Shown here: piece after piece, positions 53,037 through 62,302 of the stretch | Layout: each line of letters starts with the position of its first letter | How positions within the stretch are numbered: position 1 is the stretch's first letter | NCBI GenBank assembly: GCA_015231265.1 | Contig: JADGBX010000002.1 | Span: 4,174 to 68,173, forward strand | Direction: 5' to 3' | DNA from: Magnetococcales bacterium | GTDB taxonomy: Bacteria; Pseudomonadota; Magnetococcia; Magnetococcales; JADGBX01 | Length of the DNA: 64,000 nucleotides | The notes under the pieces: model-generated | Seen by the model: the letters and a program-made list of their open reading frames with translations, nothing else | Database searches by the model: none | What the model was told of the DNA's origin: nothing | Translations under genes and position numbers: made by a program

Positions 53037-54452
53037 TCAAGGACGCGGCAACCCCAACGCCTCCGGTGACAACGCCCCCAGGGCACTGAGAAGAGAGAAA
53101 CGGGCCAACTGTACGGAATAGCGACTTCGGGCCAGATCGGTCTGACTACGAAACAGCTCATTCTGAGCATCCAGCACATCGAGAGCGGTTCTGGTACCGA
53201 CCTGAAACTCCTGCTCGACACCATCCATCGCATCAGCATTCGCCTCAACAGCCGTTTCAAAGGCATCTGCGGAAGCAACGGCACTGCGATGGTTGAGAAC
53301 CGCCTCTTTGATCTCACGAGCTGCCTGACGATAGAGCGCATCCAGTGCTGCCTGCTGGGCATCCCGATCGGCTCTGGCCTGACGGGTCAGTGAAACGGTC
53401 TCTCCCCCAGCAAAAACCGGAACAGAGAGAGTCACACCAACAGAGTAGTCATCAACGGGATCATGGCGCCCTGCCACACGTTGATTCCAACTACGACCGG
53501 CACTGCCACTCAATGAGAGTGTTGGCAGGTGCCCGGCCCACTGCACGTCAATCGAGGTTTCCGCCATGCGCAGAGCGTGAATTGCTGACTGGACATCCGG
53601 TCTCTGCTCAACCCTGCGCATCAGATCTTCCAAAGAGTCGTCCACCAGATCACTACCAATATCCGGCACGGTTAAGCTCTCTGGCGGCGTGACACCTGCA
53701 GTCTCAAGAAATGTGGCACGGCTCAGATCCACATCGTTGCGTGCCTGAATGCCCTCAGCATGGGCCGCTGCCAGTCGAGCCTTGGCCTGACTCACATCGG
53801 TTCTGGTAATCTCACCCACACCATAGCGCGCTTCGGTTGCTTCCAGGTGGCGTTGGGTCACGCGGATATTGTTCTCCGCCAGATCTGCCACCTCTTTCGC
53901 CTGAAGATAGCCAATCGCTGCCGAGGCGATGGAGAGAATGATACTCTGCTCCGACGCACGAACCGCTTCCCGAGCCGAAGCAATGGTGGGCTCGACAAGG
54001 CGATACGCTTCGATGGCGGCCTGACTGAACAACGTCTGGCTCAGAGAGAGCGACACCACTCCGGGATCGCTCTCCGTGTGGCCGTCGTCGTAGTAGGTTC
54101 GAGCATGTGTCTTGGACGCCGACATCGTGAGATCAGGCAGAAAAGCTGCGATGGCCTGGGGCTTCTCCTCCATGGCAGAAGTGAGTTCCGCCCGCGACTT
54201 CCTAACACCGGGATTATCGGTGAGTGCCTCTTGCACGACAGTACGGAAAGCCTGCACACCCACTGCGTGTTCCGAGCGTGATTCGGCTGTTGCTGAAAGA
54301 GTAGAACCTTCGGCAACAACCGCCTCTATTTCACCACTTCCTGACTCCTCCGCCCGGAGCGAGACAGGAAGGGACACACCTATAAGGAGACCCAGTATCG
54401 TTGCTCTGATCCACGTATCTGCCATCGGACGTTGACTCTCTCTATTAAACAT
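53037..54452 (-). CDS. tolC: TolC family outer membrane efflux protein
   Basis: The ORF runs to 54461 (GTG). The ATG at 54452 is preceded by GAGGTGG. It has a signal peptide, two OEP-type repeats, and coiled-coil-rich sequence typical of TolC. Confidence 0.8.
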   Translation of the reverse strand: MFNRESQRPMADTWIRATILGLLIGVSLPVSLRAEESGSGEIEAVVAEGSTLSATAESRSEHAVGVQAFRTVVQEALTDNPGVRKSRAELTSAMEEKPQAIAAFLPDLTMSASKTHARTYYDDGHTESDPGVVSLSLSQTLFSQAAIEAYRLVEPTIASAREAVRASEQSIILSIASAAIGYLQAKEVADLAENNIRVTQRHLEATEARYGVGEITRTDVSQAKARLAAAHAEGIQARNDVDLSRATFLETAGVTPPESLTVPDIGSDLVDDSLEDLMRRVEQRPDVQSAIHALRMAETSIDVQWAGHLPTLSLSGSAGRSWNQRVAGRHDPVDDYSVGVTLSVPVFAGGETVSLTRQARADRDAQQAALDALYRQAAREIKEAVLNHRSAVASADAFETAVEANADAMDGVEQEFQVGTRTALDVLDAQNELFRSQTDLARSRYSVQLARFSLLSALGALSPEALGLPRP

Positions 54453-54464
54453 CGGAACCACCTC

Positions 54465-56381
54465 TCATATGTCCAACGACTCTTCTGCAAACTGCGCATT
54501 CTCCTGAATGAACCGGAAACGTTCTGCCGCTTTTTTCCCCATGAGGCGCTGCACGGTGTCACTGGTCATGGCCGCATCGTCAACAGAGACACGCATCAGA
54601 CGTCGTGTGCGCAGATCCATCGTCGTCTCACGCAACTGGGGAGGATCCATCTCACCCAGCCCTTTGAACCGGGAGATGGTCACTTTGCCATCCTTCCGCT
54701 TCTTTCTGAAACGCTTGACCACTGCCTCCTTCTCCTCTTCATCAAGCGCATAGACGCTGTTGGATCCCATGGAGACCCGAAACAGCGGCGGCTGAGCAAG
54801 ATAGAGACGACCCGCACGCACCATGGGTCCCATGAAACGGTAGAAGAAGGTGAGCAGAAGACTGGCGATGTGCGCGCCGTCCACATCGGCGTCGGTCATG
54901 ATGATGATGCGCCCGTAACGCAGATTATCCAGAGAAAAATGGTTGCCGAATCCGGCACCCAATGCAGTGACGAGACTCTGAATCTCAACGTTTCGATCAA
55001 ACTTCTCAGCGTTGGCCTGTTCCACATTGAGAATCTTGCCCCGCAGTGGAAGAACCGCCTGAGTGTTGCGATCCCGTGCCTGCTTTGCAGACCCCCCTGC
55101 CGAATCACCCTCAACGATGAACAGCTCCGTCACATCACGATCGGTATTGACACAATCCGTCAACTTCCCCGGCAGTGTCAAGCGGGCCGTAGCCGACTTG
55201 CGCCGCACCCGAGCTGCTCTCTTTTTACTGGCGATTCGGTTGCGTGCCCGTTCAAGAACCGACTCCACCAGATTGGCTGTCTGCTCCGGACGCCTGTGGA
55301 GCCATGGATCCAGATGATCCTTCATGGCGTTCTCCACCATGCGGGCAACAGAGACGTTGGTCAGCTTCTCTTTGGTCTGCCCGGAGAACTGGGGTTCGGG
55401 TAGAAATATGGAGATGACGGCAACCAGACCATCCAGGACATCATCCTGCGTAATGGTCAGCTCCTTGGGCAGAAGATTTCGTGTCTGGGCAAATTCACGG
55501 ATCCCCTTGACCATCGCCATGCGCAGACCGCTCTCATGCACACCGCCCTGGGGAGTGGGAACCGTATTACAGAAAGATTGGATCTTACCGTCACCGGAGT
55601 CGGTCCAGGTGAGCGCCCACTCCAGTGAGTAGTGCTGTAGATCACCCAGCTTTTCAACCCGGCCTTCGAACAGTTCCGAGATAATGCGATCCTTCTCGGC
55701 CACCGTATCTCGAATGTAGTCGCGCACACCGCCGGGAAAGAGGAATTCGTGCTTCGCATCATTGATGGCATCGGTGACCCGAATCACAACGCCCGCATTA
55801 AGATAGGCACGGGAGCGGCACATCTCGACGATGCGCTCGGGACGAAACCGAACATCACGAAAGATCTCCGGATCGGGTTGGAAGCGAATGGTAGTCCCTT
55901 TGCGGCGGGAAGCGCCCAGATCCTCCAACGGCGTCTCTGGAAGTCCACGACCGAAACGCTGCCGAAAGCGTCGTCCCTGCCGTTCCACGATCACCTCGGT
56001 CGTCACCGAAAGTGCCGTAACCACAGAGACCCCGACGCCATGCAAGCCACCGGAGGTGGCATAGGCACTGTTGTTGAACTTGCCGCCAGCGTGGAGCATG
56101 GTCATTACCACCTCCAGCGCTGATTTATCGGGATATCTGGGGTGGGGATCAACCGGGATGCCGCGGCCATTATCCCGAATCTCCATGGTTCCATCATCAC
56201 CAACCGTCACGGAGATCCGATCAGCATGACCGGCTACCACTTCATCCATGGCGTTATCGAGAATCTCTGCAACCAAGTGGTGCAGAGCACGCACGTCCGT
56301 TCCTCCCACGTACATGCCGGGACGGCGACGGACCCCTTCAAGCCCTTCAAGTACCTCGATATCCTGTGCGTCGTATCCCAT
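54465..56381 (-). CDS. parE: DNA topoisomerase IV subunit B (type IIA topoisomerase B subunit, short ParE-length form)
   Basis: 638 aa with IEVLEGLEGVRRRPGMYVGGTD, an HATPase region, the TOPRIM motif ELFIVEGDSAGGSAKQARDR and PLRGKILNV. The length lacks the ~170-aa GyrB insertion. Confidence 0.8.
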   Translation of the reverse strand: MGYDAQDIEVLEGLEGVRRRPGMYVGGTDVRALHHLVAEILDNAMDEVVAGHADRISVTVGDDGTMEIRDNGRGIPVDPHPRYPDKSALEVVMTMLHAGGKFNNSAYATSGGLHGVGVSVVTALSVTTEVIVERQGRRFRQRFGRGLPETPLEDLGASRRKGTTIRFQPDPEIFRDVRFRPERIVEMCRSRAYLNAGVVIRVTDAINDAKHEFLFPGGVRDYIRDTVAEKDRIISELFEGRVEKLGDLQHYSLEWALTWTDSGDGKIQSFCNTVPTPQGGVHESGLRMAMVKGIREFAQTRNLLPKELTITQDDVLDGLVAVISIFLPEPQFSGQTKEKLTNVSVARMVENAMKDHLDPWLHRRPEQTANLVESVLERARNRIASKKRAARVRRKSATARLTLPGKLTDCVNTDRDVTELFIVEGDSAGGSAKQARDRNTQAVLPLRGKILNVEQANAEKFDRNVEIQSLVTALGAGFGNHFSLDNLRYGRIIIMTDADVDGAHIASLLLTFFYRFMGPMVRAGRLYLAQPPLFRVSMGSNSVYALDEEEKEAVVKRFRKKRKDGKVTISRFKGLGEMDPPQLRETTMDLRTRRLMRVSVDDAAMTSDTVQRLMGKKAAERFRFIQENAQFAEESLDI

Positions 56382-56395
56382 GGAGAGCCACGGAC

Positions 56396-56614
56396 CTATT
56401 TATGACGATAGGAGATTCTACCTTTGGTCAGATCATACGGCGTCAACTGCACCGTTACTTTATCACCGGGTAGGATACGGATGTAGTTCTTACGCATCCG
56501 ACCGGAGATGTGACACAGCAGTTCGTGATCATTTTCCAGTTTCACTTTGAACATGGCATTGGGCAGGTTCTCCAAAACCGTACCCTCCATCTCAATAACA
56601 TCTTCCTTGCTCAA
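56396..56614 (-). CDS. infA: translation initiation factor IF-1
   Basis: 72 aa from TTG 56614, with AAGGAG 6 nt upstream. (M)[71 protein letters not shown]. Confidence 0.95.
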   Translation of the reverse strand: MSKEDVIEMEGTVLENLPNAMFKVKLENDHELLCHISGRMRKNYIRILPGDKVTVQLTPYDLTKGRISYRHK

Positions 56615-56813
56615 CGCCTTCTCCTTAACATAAACATACGTCGTAGTAGTGGCCCATTTTCCAGCACCTGCCTGGAAACGACACAAAAAAGAAACGATTA
56701 TGCGATGATTTGGTCGGCACGACAATGCTTGGCAACCGATTCTTAACGACACCGGCAATCAAAGCATCTCCGCCCTTTCCAAGGACCCGATCTCAATACA
56801 CAGCCTCACCCTC

Positions 56814-57692
56814 TCACCGCCCGACGATATCCTCAATCCGGCCAGGCAGCAGTAGCCGCCCCACCCTGGGAAGGAACCCTGGTGTAAACACCTCATCAGG
56901 GAATACCCGCTCCTCAATCGAACCGATGCGCTGAAACGACTGGTAACGGGGATTGTCGCGATTGGTTGCATGGAGCTGCATGGGACGCTGCCGTAGAGTG
57001 CTCAAACGTCGCACATTTTTAAACGCTATCACCTTGAGCGGCTCGGGTCCGGCACCAAAATAGGTCACGGTGACAGGTGCCATCAGTTTTGTATGTACCT
57101 GCATAGTGATCTCTCTATAGGGGAGAGTCGTCCGTTTCGGCGTCAGTTTCAGGGTGTATAAATCGCTCTCTTCCGATTCAACCACAGCGTGATAATCAAC
57201 ATGGAAGGCCGAGGGCAGAAGATCCGCATTGCTGAGCATCCCCTGAATCATGGAGCCCGCAAGAGAGAGCCGACTTGCATTGTAGGCTCCCGGTTTACGC
57301 ACCCAAAGCGCATCACCGATTTTCAGATAGCTTTCACCCCGCCTCTCTTCCGGTTCCGTGATCAAAGCCACCCAGCGGTCACTCCCTTTTCTGGCGGCAT
57401 AGAACGTGAAGTGTTTCGGGTCTCCTCTTGGACGACGGTTCTCTACACTGAAATAGGTCTCGAATGAGCGAGGAAACAGCACTTCGTCCATCCGTTCCAG
57501 GATCGCCTGACCTCGCAATCTCTCCTGCACAATACTATTGGAAGAGTGCCCGCTCTCAGCCTGAACAACAGTAACGCTCCCAACGGAAACAGCAATAAAT
57601 GCACATATCAAAACCAAAAATGAGCGACGAACAGCCACACCTCCGAAAGCGCCTGTACGATCACCACTCTGTTTCACTCTTTCCATTTGCAT
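56814..57692 (-). CDS. outer-membrane lipoprotein-sorting (LolA-like fold) protein
   Basis: The ORF runs to 57728 (GTG). The ATG at 57692 is preceded by AGGTGA. It has a signal peptide and resembles the LolA_like family (…YLKIGDALWVRKPG…). The function is moderately secure. Confidence 0.5.
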   Translation of the reverse strand: MQMERVKQSGDRTGAFGGVAVRRSFLVLICAFIAVSVGSVTVVQAESGHSSNSIVQERLRGQAILERMDEVLFPRSFETYFSVENRRPRGDPKHFTFYAARKGSDRWVALITEPEERRGESYLKIGDALWVRKPGAYNASRLSLAGSMIQGMLSNADLLPSAFHVDYHAVVESEESDLYTLKLTPKRTTLPYREITMQVHTKLMAPVTVTYFGAGPEPLKVIAFKNVRRLSTLRQRPMQLHATNRDNPRYQSFQRIGSIEERVFPDEVFTPGFLPRVGRLLLPGRIEDIVGR

Positions 57693-57995
57693 CTGTTCAC
57701 CTGCCAGTTCCGAAGACTGAATCACCACTATTTGTTAATACCCACGTGTGGATAATCGACAACCAAAAACAATTGCACTGCTCTATTTGTTTGTTTACGG
57801 TGTAATTTTGTTTCACACTTTGCAAGGCCATTTGATTCGAATCGCTCACGATCACATGCTGATTCGGCCATTATGGAACATTTCCTGCGTGTGAAACTGT
57901 AAGATTGGGTGTAACAAGACCGAGACCTCGATGCGGCAACACACCAACTTAACAGATAGCAGGGCAGACAAACGCACATCCAGGAATAGGACAGA

Positions 57996-58658
57996 ATGAT
58001 CCAGTTTATTATCCTAACGATTATTATGGTTGCAGTCTGGGCGATGATTCGCTTCGTCTATGCTCCGTTTCACCGCCGTTTCAGAGTGCGTCGCAGCATG
58101 GGCCGCTGTGCGTCGGTCTACGCACTACCTCCATTATCAAACCGTCTAGACAAAAGCCGTATCGTCAGCAGCCGAGTGAAGGCGCACCGACGTTATCGGG
58201 TTAATCTCTATCGTCAAGTGTGCACCTGCACCAGTTATCGAAAGCGCCGGCAATACTATCCCGTGAACGACGTTCGTCGCCTCTGCCGTCACATGCGCCG
58301 GGAACTATTGGAGAATCAGGAACTCCACTCCTTCGACGATCTGACCATGTGTATTCTGCTTAAGCGGGCCAAGGACCGCTGCTATGAGAAAATTCGTTTG
58401 ATGGAGACAGATATCGCGATTGGATACTCACCAAAAACCGATTTCGTGCGCATCTACACACGTAGACGGGGTGAGGATGATCCTGATCAGGGACCATTTA
58501 CAGGGCCGTATGACAAGTTTGTCTTCAATGCCAATCAGGAAAACTGGGTTTACGGAGAACCCCCACCTGGAGCCAGCATGATTATTCCGGCTGTTTTGCT
58601 CCTTCTCTCTCAGACTCGGGAGAAGTGCGGAATCACGGAGACGAATGAGCGCTGCTGA
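57996..58658 (+). CDS. membrane-anchored SWIM zinc-finger protein
   Basis: 220 aa with an N-terminal TM segment (IQFIILTIIMVAVWAMI) and a CxC-x17-CxH SWIM pattern (VCTCTSYRKRRQYYPVNDVRRLCRH). Confidence 0.55.
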   Translation: MIQFIILTIIMVAVWAMIRFVYAPFHRRFRVRRSMGRCASVYALPPLSNRLDKSRIVSSRVKAHRRYRVNLYRQVCTCTSYRKRRQYYPVNDVRRLCRHMRRELLENQELHSFDDLTMCILLKRAKDRCYEKIRLMETDIAIGYSPKTDFVRIYTRRRGEDDPDQGPFTGPYDKFVFNANQENWVYGEPPPGASMIIPAVLLLLSQTREKCGITETNERC

Positions 58659-58725
58659 TGCCCTCATTCTTTTCTACTCACAGCGTGCCCTTCTTTTTCT
58701 ACCCCCTGTATGGTTTTCGGTCAGG

Positions 58726-60294
58726 TTACTGCGCAACCTCTGTGGCTCGCATCTCTCGAATAACCGTCACTTTGATCTGACCGGGATAGGTCATCTCATC
58801 CTCTACACGACGCGCGATATCGCGAGCCAGTATCATCGCACCCTCATCCTGGAGACGATCGTAATCGACGATTACGCGCAACTCCCTTCCTGCCTGAATC
58901 GCATACGCCTTCTGCACCCCTTTAAAATCCTGAGCAATCCCTTCAAGCGCTTCCAACCGTTTGATATAGGTTTGAACGTTTTCTCGACGAGCGCCAGGGC
59001 GAGCAGCAGAGAGAGCGTCTGCAGCATTGGTCAGCGGGCCGTATACGGATGTTGGTTCGATATCGAAATGGTGTGACCAGACCGAATTGACAACCGTTGG
59101 ATGCTCCTTGTACTTCTTAACCAACTGGCCACCAATGACAGCGTGAGATCCATTCTGGTCATGATCAAGCGCTTTGCCGATGTCATGCATCAGACCACAT
59201 CGCCGGGCAAGGTCACCATCAAGCCCCAACTCCTCGGCCATGATTCCTGCAAAGAAACCGACTTCTATAGAGTGGTGAAGGACATTCTGGGTATAGGAGG
59301 TGCGGAACTTGAGCATGCCCAGATATTCGATCAGATCGGAGTGCACACCGTGCAATCCCAGATCGAAAATCGCCTGTTCACCAGCCTCCATGACCTCCTG
59401 TCCCACTGATTTACGAATCTTTCGAACAACCTCTTCAATACGGGCCGGATGGATACGTCCATCACCCACCAACTCCTCCAGAGAGCGTTTGGCGATTTGA
59501 CGACGTACGGGGTTGAAGCCGGAAACCACAACGGCTTCCGGTGTGTCATCAATGATCAGGTCACACCCGGTTGCAGCCTCAAGCGCACGAATATTCCGCC
59601 CCTCTCTGCCGATGATTCTCCCCTTCATATCCTCAGTAGGCAGCGTGACCACCGATACGGTATGCTCGGCGACGAACTCACCGGCAAAGCGCTGGATCGC
59701 CGTGGCAACGATGTCTTGAGCCCGCTTCATGGACATGGCTCGGGTATCGTCTTCCAACCGTTTGACCAGACGCCCCGCCTCCCGCTTTGCCTCTTCTTCA
59801 ATCTCTGAGATCAACTCGGAACGCGCCTCATCCAACGTCATATTGGCAATGGTCTCCAGATTTTTTCTCGCTTTGGCCAAACGCTCATCAAGCTGTTGAG
59901 CCAATCCATCAACTTCCGATTTCCGCTCTTCAAGAGCCTGACGTTGATTATCCAACTGTTTCTCACGACCATCCAGCTGGTCGAAACGCTTATCAAGCTT
60001 CTCTTCCGCCGTTGCAAGCCGTTTTTTCTGATCCTGAAGTTCCTTGAGTGTCTTCTTATTGTCGTTCTCCAGCTTTTCCTGGAAACGAACCATTTCAGCT
60101 TTATGCTCCAACTTGGCATCTTTGATAGCCGATTTGGCCTCCTCACGCGCTGCCTGAACCTGGAGTCCAGCCTTCTCGTCATGACTGGCGAAAAGACGTT
60201 TTTGGTGACGTTTTTGTTGTATATAAGCCGTTGCCGGTCCCAGCGCTCCCAAAAGAGCACCGACCAGGAACAGAGTGATCGATCCACTATCCAT
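58726..60294 (-). CDS. rny: ribonuclease Y
   Basis: The ATG at 60294 gives [19 protein letters not shown] (N-terminal TM). It has a long coiled coil, a KH domain ([19 protein letters not shown]) and an HD domain (HSIEV...LMHDIGKA). Confidence 0.9.
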   Translation of the reverse strand: MDSGSITLFLVGALLGALGPATAYIQQKRHQKRLFASHDEKAGLQVQAAREEAKSAIKDAKLEHKAEMVRFQEKLENDNKKTLKELQDQKKRLATAEEKLDKRFDQLDGREKQLDNQRQALEERKSEVDGLAQQLDERLAKARKNLETIANMTLDEARSELISEIEEEAKREAGRLVKRLEDDTRAMSMKRAQDIVATAIQRFAGEFVAEHTVSVVTLPTEDMKGRIIGREGRNIRALEAATGCDLIIDDTPEAVVVSGFNPVRRQIAKRSLEELVGDGRIHPARIEEVVRKIRKSVGQEVMEAGEQAIFDLGLHGVHSDLIEYLGMLKFRTSYTQNVLHHSIEVGFFAGIMAEELGLDGDLARRCGLMHDIGKALDHDQNGSHAVIGGQLVKKYKEHPTVVNSVWSHHFDIEPTSVYGPLTNAADALSAARPGARRENVQTYIKRLEALEGIAQDFKGVQKAYAIQAGRELRVIVDYDRLQDEGAMILARDIARRVEDEMTYPGQIKVTVIREMRATEVAQ

Positions 60295-60425
60295 AACGGG
60301 TATCCATTCCACGCACCGATGGAGGCAGAAACGCATCCAAGGTGGTATTCAGTCGTATCGTCCGCTGCGAACAGTGCTGGCATCCCTGTTTGGAAACCAA
60401 GCCGTACGAACGAAAATAGTATTAT

Positions 60426-60611
60426 TAGGGCGTGTCCTCAATGAGCCCAAAACCGCGCTGGCGTACCGCCAGCCCTTCGGGTTTGGCCTAAAAACACATC
60501 ATGCTGCGTTGTTTGTCGCTCATTTGGCCGTGCCAAACCGCGCTCCTCACGCCTTGCCTGCTGCATTTTCAGGCACAAACGCGATTTTGTTCTCATTGAG
60601 GACACGCCCTA
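60426..60611 (-). repeat. 186-bp MITE-like palindromic element, copy C (inverted relative to A/B)
   Basis: Full-length copy with perfect 20-bp TIRs, intergenic between rny and the 5-formyl-THF cyclo-ligase gene. Confidence 0.85.
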
Positions 60612-60637
60612 ATCAAAAGAAAAACCACACATAAGCA

Positions 60638-61318
60638 TCAAAGATGGCGGTTACCCATCAGCAAGACGCCGGCCTCGGTAACCACACCATCTAAAGGTAC
60701 ATCGTGCTCTGATACAGGCAACGTCTCGACCGATTCCTGACATTCGTAGGCAACACCGATCAGTAGGGGAGGTTTCACAGTGGCAGTGGAACGTGATGAC
60801 CGCTGAATCGAGAAGAAACGATCATAATATCCTCCACCATACCCCAACCGGCCACCAGCACGATCAAAAGCCAACAGTGGCAGCAGAACAAGGGAGAGCT
60901 GCCCGGCACTTTTCTGTTTGGTCACAACGGCCTCTCGCCGACACGGTTCACGTAATCCAAACCGCGCTGTTCTAAGAGCATCACCGAGCGCGTAAGTGAC
61001 AAAGGACATCACGCCCGTTTCCGACTCAACAACAGGGAGAAACCACTTTTTTGAGGCAGGATAGACACCGATGACAGAGCGTTCGGAGACCGCATGCCGC
61101 GGTATCCGTTCTCCACGCGCCTCCCAAGAGAGGAGTGGTGTCAGATCAACTTCATTATGGACAGGAAGATAGAAGGCCACCGTTTCGGCCTGACGAAAGA
61201 CCGACCAGCTGGCAAGACGTTCACAAATCAGCCGACTCCGGCTCTTGACGTCGGAGTCCGTCAAAGAGAAACGCACCTGTCTGAAGGTGGCTCTCAGTGA
61301 CTTTTTGCTTTCGGGCAC
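60638..61318 (-). CDS. 5-formyltetrahydrofolate cyclo-ligase
   Basis: 226 aa from a GTG start with ...VAFYLPVHNEVDL... and LVLLPLLAFDRAGGRLGYGGGYYDRFF signatures. It sits directly downstream of the 6S RNA, as in E. coli ssrS-ygfA. Confidence 0.85.
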   Translation of the reverse strand: MPESKKSLRATFRQVRFSLTDSDVKSRSRLICERLASWSVFRQAETVAFYLPVHNEVDLTPLLSWEARGERIPRHAVSERSVIGVYPASKKWFLPVVESETGVMSFVTYALGDALRTARFGLREPCRREAVVTKQKSAGQLSLVLLPLLAFDRAGGRLGYGGGYYDRFFSIQRSSRSTATVKPPLLIGVAYECQESVETLPVSEHDVPLDGVVTEAGVLLMGNRHL

Positions 61319-61321
61319 GAT

Positions 61322-61507
61322 ATGACAACCCCCGCCTGTGCCGTGGGATGACGCCCTCTTGAACCCTTTCCAAAAGGTGGACCCCGGATAATCGCTTCAG
61401 GTAAGCCCTAACGGGCTCGCACTCCACGATCAGCGCCAGGTTCCCAGGTTCAAAAATTATCGGCTCAGGAGGATGGAAATCCTCACAAACACCGCAGGGG
61501 ATCTCAT
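61322..61507 (-). ncRNA. ssrS: 6S RNA
   Basis: It fills the zapA / cyclo-ligase intergenic gap. The minus strand contains CCUGAGCCGAUAAUUU and GGGUUCAAGAGGG, which match E. coli 6S blocks. The ends pair as AUGAGAUCCCCUGC / GCGGGGGUUGUCAU. End coordinates are approximate. Confidence 0.8.
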
Positions 61508-61792
61508 CTATTCTTCCAGCACCTGATCCGAGTCGGCGATCAGGGTCCGGAGCCGTTGCATCAGTTGCCGTTGTCGCCGCTCAGACTGCTGTCTGTAACG
61601 GAAGAAGCTGTCGGCAATCTGAAAAGCTGCCATGATTGCAATACGGTCATTGGTGAGGCTGTTGGAGGATGCGCCCATTTCGGCCATCATCTCTTCCACA
61701 TAAGCCGCCAGCGACGTAACGTACTCTTCGTCCTCATCTGTCCGAAGTTTGAAGCGTTGACCATGAATACTGATCTCTATGGCATCTTTCAT
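61508..61792 (-). CDS. zapA: cell division protein ZapA
   Basis: The ATG at 61792 gives MKDAIEISIHGQRFKLRTDEDEEYVTSLAAYVEEMM...NDRIAIMAAFQIADSF. The synteny with ssrS is conserved. Confidence 0.8.
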   Translation of the reverse strand: MKDAIEISIHGQRFKLRTDEDEEYVTSLAAYVEEMMAEMGASSNSLTNDRIAIMAAFQIADSFFRYRQQSERRQRQLMQRLRTLIADSDQVLEE

Positions 61793-61841
61793 GGTCGGCC
61801 CCAAACTGTCGCCGTATTCTCCCGCCGTCACACAGAGAGGA

Positions 61842-62135
61842 TCATCGGGTGTCGATTCGAGAAAGGATCTCTTCAACACGCTCAATGGTTTGAAGTTTCT
61901 CCTCCTCAAGCCGTCGAACCTGTTGACGCAGTTGCGACACCTCCTGCTCAAGAGAAGCAATCACTTCTTGAGCGCTCTTCATGCGCTGTGAAAGATCCGC
62001 GGCATCACCCAAGGTCTGCCTGAGCGTACCATTATCCATCCGCAGCGTCTGAACGGTATCGACGAGAGAGTGCCACCGAGTCTCAAGACGAGTGAGCAGC
62101 ACCTCTTCTCCGTTGATCACGTCATCACGATTCAT
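61842..62135 (-). CDS. coiled-coil protein (ZapB-like, commonly upstream of zapA)
   Basis: 97 aa, almost entirely heptad-like (LEQEVSQLRQQVRRLEEEKLQTIERVEE). Confidence 0.5.
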   Translation of the reverse strand: MNRDDVINGEEVLLTRLETRWHSLVDTVQTLRMDNGTLRQTLGDAADLSQRMKSAQEVIASLEQEVSQLRQQVRRLEEEKLQTIERVEEILSRIDTR

Positions 62136-62302
62136 CGGCGTTACAACGGACTGAGTGAAACATCCCGGTTATCCTCAGGAGTGACAGATGGAATGTGATA
62201 AGAGGGCATTGATTAAACCAACCCTCTCATCATCCACCTTTATCCCGATGATAGAACTGCTGGCCGATGATGTCAAGCAGCACCCGGGATGGAGTGAGCG
62301 CT

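Noticed and set aside
54432-55403. 323-aa plus-strand ORF
   Set aside because: It lies entirely antisense to parE, whose translation carries unambiguous type IIA topoisomerase motifs. Long antisense ORFs are expected at this GC content.
54465-56381. Calling this gene gyrB
   Set aside because: At 638 aa it lacks the ~170-aa insertion typical of proteobacterial GyrB and fits ParE length. I cannot exclude a short GyrB without a phylogeny.
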